IMG/VR virus record: IMGVR_UViG_3300021399_000124
Strand: one strand, 5' to 3'
Source: an uncultured virus (IMG/VR IMGVR_UViG_3300021399_000124)
Lineage: Duplodnaviria; Heunggongvirae; Uroviricota; Caudoviricetes
Length of the DNA: 64,000 nucleotides
The notes beneath the pieces were generated by a model, which was given only the letters and a program-made list of their open reading frames with translations, was not told the origin of the DNA and searched no databases. The position numbers were made by a program, and so were the translations under genes. The stretch's first letter is position 1, and every line of letters starts with the position of its first letter. Below, in pieces: positions 58,041-64,000 of this stretch.

Positions 58041-59777
58041 TTATATGCTATTTATTTTACTTATGATTTTCCATGCAAGCCGTTCAAACTGTGCTTTGCT
58101 CGGATGCAATTTATCAGAAGTCCATGCGTCAATGTTTATTTTATTAACACCACCGCAATGGAACATATCAAGGACAGGGAATCCGTATATTTCAGCCGTA
58201 GCAATCATGGCGTTTGCAAAATCTTCAAGCGTATGTCCTGTGGTCGGATTTTTCTTGAATCCCCTCGCATCCTCTTCCCATGTGTCTGTATTGGTAGTAG
58301 CCCGCTGCAAAGGTGTGATGAACAGTAATTTGCACCCAGGAAGGTTGGTTGATACTTCTTCGCAAACGTGCCGTAAGGCTCCGTAATACGTGTTTCTGTC
58401 CGTTCCTAAAAGTGTCCCGAGAGAAACGCCACCGTACCAGTCATTTGTTCCTGCCCATACAGTCATGACATCTGCCTCAGTTATGCTGTCTACAAATCCT
58501 GCAATAGCTGTCATGTTCCCACCGCTTTGTGCAGCTTTAAAGTATGACATACCTAACATTTGTGAAGTCATTTCTTGCCAGTATCCCATTTGGGTAAGGC
58601 TGTCACCTATCGTAACAAGGTGCTTGTCGTTCCACTCACCTTTAAGTGCCTTTCTTGGCTCGTTGTATGGAAAGTATTCTGACATACAAGGATGTTCGTT
58701 AGGGACGATCATCACCGTATCTATTTCTGTCGCAAGGAAGGAACACCTGATATAAGTCGCTTCTGAATCTGTTGTCGGGTCTATCGTTATGCTCCTTGCT
58801 TCTACACCTCTCACGAACGTTGTTCCGTCCGCTTTCCATAATGTCCAAGTCGGAACAGTGCTGATGTCCCTATTCATTGCAAAAATTGTATAATCCCCGA
58901 TTGGAATCAGCCCAGTAGAATGCTGATAGTTTGTAAGAACAAAAGCACCGTTTTTGTTGTACATACCTGTTGTTAGTGCCTTTTCTTTATCAAAAAGATT
59001 CAGCGTTGTATGATCTACAAGAAAATCATTTCCAACCGCATCCTCTGCCAATCTTTCAATGGCTGATTCATAGGATTCAGATGTTTCATAAAATGCGCTC
59101 CAACTTCCCACGGTAATCGTTCCGTTGCTTTCTAATGGGCTTGTGTTTGTTACCTTGAGAGATGCTACTAAGTATGTCGATGTAGCATCCTCGTTTATGG
59201 TCACATCAACAGTTACCTCACCGTTTTCCCACGTAGAGCTGTTAATGGTATACCCTGTGCCATTGATTACTATATTAGCACTTACTTTATCTGAAAGATT
59301 TTCACTGACCGCAAACGGACATACCACGCTAATCGTTTTGCCCTTTATTGATGTAAAATCTGCGCCCTGACATCTAACCCCTATATAGGATGTATTGCCA
59401 GTTGATCCAGACGGGATTGTCATTACTCCCGAACTTGTACTTGCTCCGTTTTTGTTATCTGCTACTCTTGCGAAAAGGTTTGAGATTCCGACAGGATCGG
59501 TTTTTCTAATTGATGCGATCTCGTTTAAATCTTCCTTTAAAGAAGATACCTGTCCCCTTACAGCATCACCTGCTGACGGATATGTCACACCATCAGCACC
59601 AACACGAATGTCAATCAGCTCCGCATCACCAGTTGTTGAACCTTCAGAGAGACTTGCAATGTTATCAATTCGTTTTCTCTCTACATCAATCTCTTTTTCT
59701 ATTTTATTTGATCGCTGTCCCCATGCAGCTACGATTTTTCTCAATTGAGACAAAGTAATATAATTTAAAACAGACAT
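58041..59777 (-). CDS. Tail/fibre-associated protein with C-terminal SGNH/GDSL hydrolase
   Basis: N-terminal DAELIDIRVGADGVTYPSAGDAVRGQ; C-terminal GDSLT, AGTND, DKLHP. Confidence 0.8.
   Translation of the reverse strand: MSVLNYITLSQLRKIVAAWGQRSNKIEKEIDVERKRIDNIASLSEGSTTGDAELIDIRVGADGVTYPSAGDAVRGQVSSLKEDLNEIASIRKTDPVGISNLFARVADNKNGASTSSGVMTIPSGSTGNTSYIGVRCQGADFTSIKGKTISVVCPFAVSENLSDKVSANIVINGTGYTINSSTWENGEVTVDVTINEDATSTYLVASLKVTNTSPLESNGTITVGSWSAFYETSESYESAIERLAEDAVGNDFLVDHTTLNLFDKEKALTTGMYNKNGAFVLTNYQHSTGLIPIGDYTIFAMNRDISTVPTWTLWKADGTTFVRGVEARSITIDPTTDSEATYIRCSFLATEIDTVMIVPNEHPCMSEYFPYNEPRKALKGEWNDKHLVTIGDSLTQMGYWQEMTSQMLGMSYFKAAQSGGNMTAIAGFVDSITEADVMTVWAGTNDWYGGVSLGTLLGTDRNTYYGALRHVCEEVSTNLPGCKLLFITPLQRATTNTDTWEEDARGFKKNPTTGHTLEDFANAMIATAEIYGFPVLDMFHCGGVNKINIDAWTSDKLHPSKAQFERLAWKIISKINSI
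59524..59541 (-). repeat. Candidate in-frame recombination site TTTAAA-GGAAGA-TTTAAA (encodes LKEDL)
   Basis: Same arm-6bp-arm architecture and orientation as the 58023 site; lies at the end of the conserved N-terminal segment. Confidence 0.6.
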
Positions 59778-59854
59778 TTTATCACCTTCCTTGTCTGTAA
59801 AAATTTATATATAAAGTAGATAACGCATATTATCTATAATAATATTTTAAGGTT

Positions 59855-60115
59855 TTAATTATTATCTTCCTGTACAGCCTCATGTCTATAGCACTGATTC
59901 ATGACAGGGAACCCTTCCTCGGAGAACAGGATGGCAGAATGCGTAGAATATGTCTCGCCGCTGACTGCGGCTCTGGACATAATCTCGTGGAATTTAGATT
60001 CAGCCTTGCATTGTGCTTTGTCAAGGTCTTCGTCCCAATGCCACTGAACATCGTGAGTAAGTTCTCCTCCATGAGTCTTTGTGATTTCTACTGTGTAAAA
60101 CTGATACATAAACAA
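59855..60115 (-). CDS. Small hypothetical protein (tail module)
   Basis: AAGGAGG RBS; AESKFHEIMSRAAVS...HSAILFSEEG. Confidence 0.7.
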   Translation of the reverse strand: MFMYQFYTVEITKTHGGELTHDVQWHWDEDLDKAQCKAESKFHEIMSRAAVSGETYSTHSAILFSEEGFPVMNQCYRHEAVQEDNN

Positions 60116-60121
60116 GCCTCC

Positions 60122-62041
60122 TTATGAATTAAGTTGATTGAGTGCATCCGCCAGTGAGATGACGGTACAGTTGGTGTTAGGTGTTATTGTTGCTCCTCTG
60201 GCGATTGCAACAGTGGAGTAATAAAGCGTATTGCCGATTGTGAAGAATGTATTAGCAGGAATATTATCATTCGCAACCATATCATCTTCAGTAGGTGATG
60301 TCAGTTTTTGTATGTAAAGCTGTACATCTGATTTATAGGTTACAGTAGTGTCTCCAGTATCTGCCCAGATGTTGTTTGTACCAAGCAGAGTGGCGACTTC
60401 AGTAGGAGTTAGGTAGTAGGTCTGTGGTTCGGCTAGTTCGTAGACAAGCTGAACGCCAGACATGGCGATTTTGAAATCGGCGGCAGTTAAATTCTGTTTC
60501 GCTGTGTCTTTTATTCGTATCTGTCCTGATAATGAGATATACACATAATTATCTCCTGCCGATGATAGTACGGTTTTATATACAGAACAGACGACGTTGG
60601 TATCGCCAATTTCAGATGGCATCTTGACTATATTATTTATATCGCTACTCAAAAACGTCTGCCAGTTTCCAACGTTTTTTGACCAATTCAATGCCCCCAG
60701 GTCAACCATCGCCCTATCCACCACCAACTCTCCACTCGTCACATCAAGTGTACCTCCATAGACAGTACCTGCTTCGGATGGGAATGAGATAGGGTAGGTT
60801 ATGCCTTGGTATGATTCGTAGGCGGTGGCGGTGGAGCCTAATTCAAGCTGTGGATAAACGTCTTCGTCAATAGTTACGTTTTGCTGAACAAACAAAAATG
60901 CACCATAATATTCAGCTTTGTCTGTATCAACAGTAAACGTTGAAGCAAAGTTACCTTGTCCATATAAATATATGGGTATCGAACATTTGCTTGTACGTCC
61001 ACTAACCACATAGGTAAGTCCATTTTTCAAATAACTCGGTAACGGAATTTTAGCAGATTCAAATCCACCTTCTATCGCATAATACGCATTTTTAGTAGCG
61101 GTGCCTTGTATATGGTATCCTCCGCCATCTATTGGCGTAAATACTATACCGTTAGTCGTTTGTTCTGTAGTCCTATGCGGAAGTAAATTTTTCCCAGCTC
61201 TTACAACCTCCGCTCCTGTCCATCCAGAGATAGGGCAGATGTTGGAGTAGGGAGCGTAGTCAGTGGCAGTGGAGCCTTCTTCAAGTTGAAAGTACGCAGA
61301 AATATTAACTGTAACACCAGCTTGACCAGTATTAAGATAAATATTAATTGTCGTTTCATTTTCAATTGTAAATGTTTTGTGATGTGTATGTTCTGCGGGC
61401 AAAATATCGCACAATCCGACTCTATTAACTGGGTCATAAATCTTAAAGACAAGCCCCGAAAAGTCATCGATAACAGATGCGGTATACGTTCCTGCTGTTA
61501 AGGTCATGTTCCTAACAAAGTGGAAATTTGTGCCTCTTTCAGTGGTTCCAGTTGCAGTTATTTTACCGTTTTCGTCAATCGTGTAAGTAATGCCGTCAGT
61601 CGTTCCCGATTTTGTTAAATACGGAAATGGTATTTTATTCTTCCCGCCACCTGCAGGCCACGGATGGTCGTATCCATGCAGGTCCTGTACAGGCTCGATG
61701 TTCACCTTAACACTTTTAGCAGGCAGTAAGTCACTTCCGTCATCAAATGATGCTATTGCTCCAGAGGCAGTGGAAGTTGGGAGGACTTTGTCGAATGTGT
61801 CTTTTATCTGTCCTCTAACTGCATCACCGACAGAAGGATATGTATAATTAACACCTTTCCTTGCATCAATCATTTCTTCTTCTATCGAGGCTAGTTGTTC
61901 GGCGGATAGCGCCTCATCATCAGTATTCACCATCTGTGTTAATAAAGCAGATACATTTTCATCTGTTTCGGGTTCTGGTACAATACCTTTTACTTTTCCC
62001 CATAATTTAGGCAATCCAATTTCATAATCTAAAAAGTTCAT
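60122..62041 (-). CDS. Tail fibre/receptor-binding-like protein
   Basis: YPSVGDAVRGQ, repeated QLE.GSTAT.Y, CPISGW, YELAEP, LLGTNNIWAD motifs. Confidence 0.7.
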   Translation of the reverse strand: MNFLDYEIGLPKLWGKVKGIVPEPETDENVSALLTQMVNTDDEALSAEQLASIEEEMIDARKGVNYTYPSVGDAVRGQIKDTFDKVLPTSTASGAIASFDDGSDLLPAKSVKVNIEPVQDLHGYDHPWPAGGGKNKIPFPYLTKSGTTDGITYTIDENGKITATGTTERGTNFHFVRNMTLTAGTYTASVIDDFSGLVFKIYDPVNRVGLCDILPAEHTHHKTFTIENETTINIYLNTGQAGVTVNISAYFQLEEGSTATDYAPYSNICPISGWTGAEVVRAGKNLLPHRTTEQTTNGIVFTPIDGGGYHIQGTATKNAYYAIEGGFESAKIPLPSYLKNGLTYVVSGRTSKCSIPIYLYGQGNFASTFTVDTDKAEYYGAFLFVQQNVTIDEDVYPQLELGSTATAYESYQGITYPISFPSEAGTVYGGTLDVTSGELVVDRAMVDLGALNWSKNVGNWQTFLSSDINNIVKMPSEIGDTNVVCSVYKTVLSSAGDNYVYISLSGQIRIKDTAKQNLTAADFKIAMSGVQLVYELAEPQTYYLTPTEVATLLGTNNIWADTGDTTVTYKSDVQLYIQKLTSPTEDDMVANDNIPANTFFTIGNTLYYSTVAIARGATITPNTNCTVISLADALNQLNS

Positions 62042-62059
62042 TTATAAATCACCTCCATT

Positions 62060-63503
<1,444 letters not shown>

Positions 63504-63511
<8 letters not shown>

Positions 63512-63869
63512 GCCATGTCACCTCGTCTGTTACTTTAAAAGGGGAATTCTCTATAAAAGTGAATACATCGCCAAATCCAGTCACAAGTTGAACATCATAA
63601 GCATATGTTCCAATATCTAATTCACGAGTATCTTCTGGCGAGATTCTCCATGTAAGAACTCCATTGTCATCAATATATATTTTTCCATTTTCTATAGAGG
63701 CATCTATAAGTAATTCTCCCGTGTTGGCAATTGTTCTAACCTGTGCTTGTATAGCATCGCCGTCCTGCAATACATAATCCGAGTCAGTCGCAGGATTCAT
63801 AATTCTGATGCCGATATAAGCCGAGTCACCACGGGTAATCGAAATTCTGTTTTTGTACACCTTAAACAT
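63504..63869 (-). CDS. BppU-N-like baseplate/tail adaptor protein
   Basis: ITRGDS, ISPEDT..L..GTYAYDVQL, EVT; GAGGTG RBS before ATG 63869. Confidence 0.65.
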
Positions 63870-64000
63870 TAGTTCACCTCTCTTTATAAAAAAAAATAGG
63901 GAGAGACCAGCCCTCCCTGTATAAAAAAAAGAAATCAGAAACAACGCCAGACACTAACCGTGCCTGTTTGTCTCTTACTAGAGCAAAGCTCTTTCAATCA

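Overview
A 64-kb segment of a large temperate, SPbeta-like tailed phage. The host is probably an anaerobic Bacillota (Clostridia/Lachnospiraceae-like), judged from AGGAG RBSs, sigmaA promoters, a Gram-positive LexA box and nrdDG. Left to right: a minus-strand SF2-helicase-like gene cut by the window edge; a ~2 kb non-coding origin/terminus-like region; a GC-rich first early gene followed by ~1.1 kb of structured non-coding sequence; dozens of short early ORFs with an intergenic hammerhead ribozyme; a C5 DNA methyltransferase split into a catalytic gene plus TRD mini-genes; a yopP/yopQ/yopR-like lysogeny module; an accessory region; replication and nucleotide-metabolism genes; xis/int with an attP-like tRNA-Pro 3' half; then minus-strand tail/fibre genes with a Xer-type recombinase. 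The most striking unexplained structure is an integron-like array at 26969-28736. Nine copies of YTTAAA-GRRRAC separate small cassettes. The same site occurs in full palindromic form (TTTAAA-N6-TTTAAA) beside the Xer-like recombinase, where two copies bracket the C-terminal part of a tail protein. All product calls come from motif recognition by eye; no database search was run.
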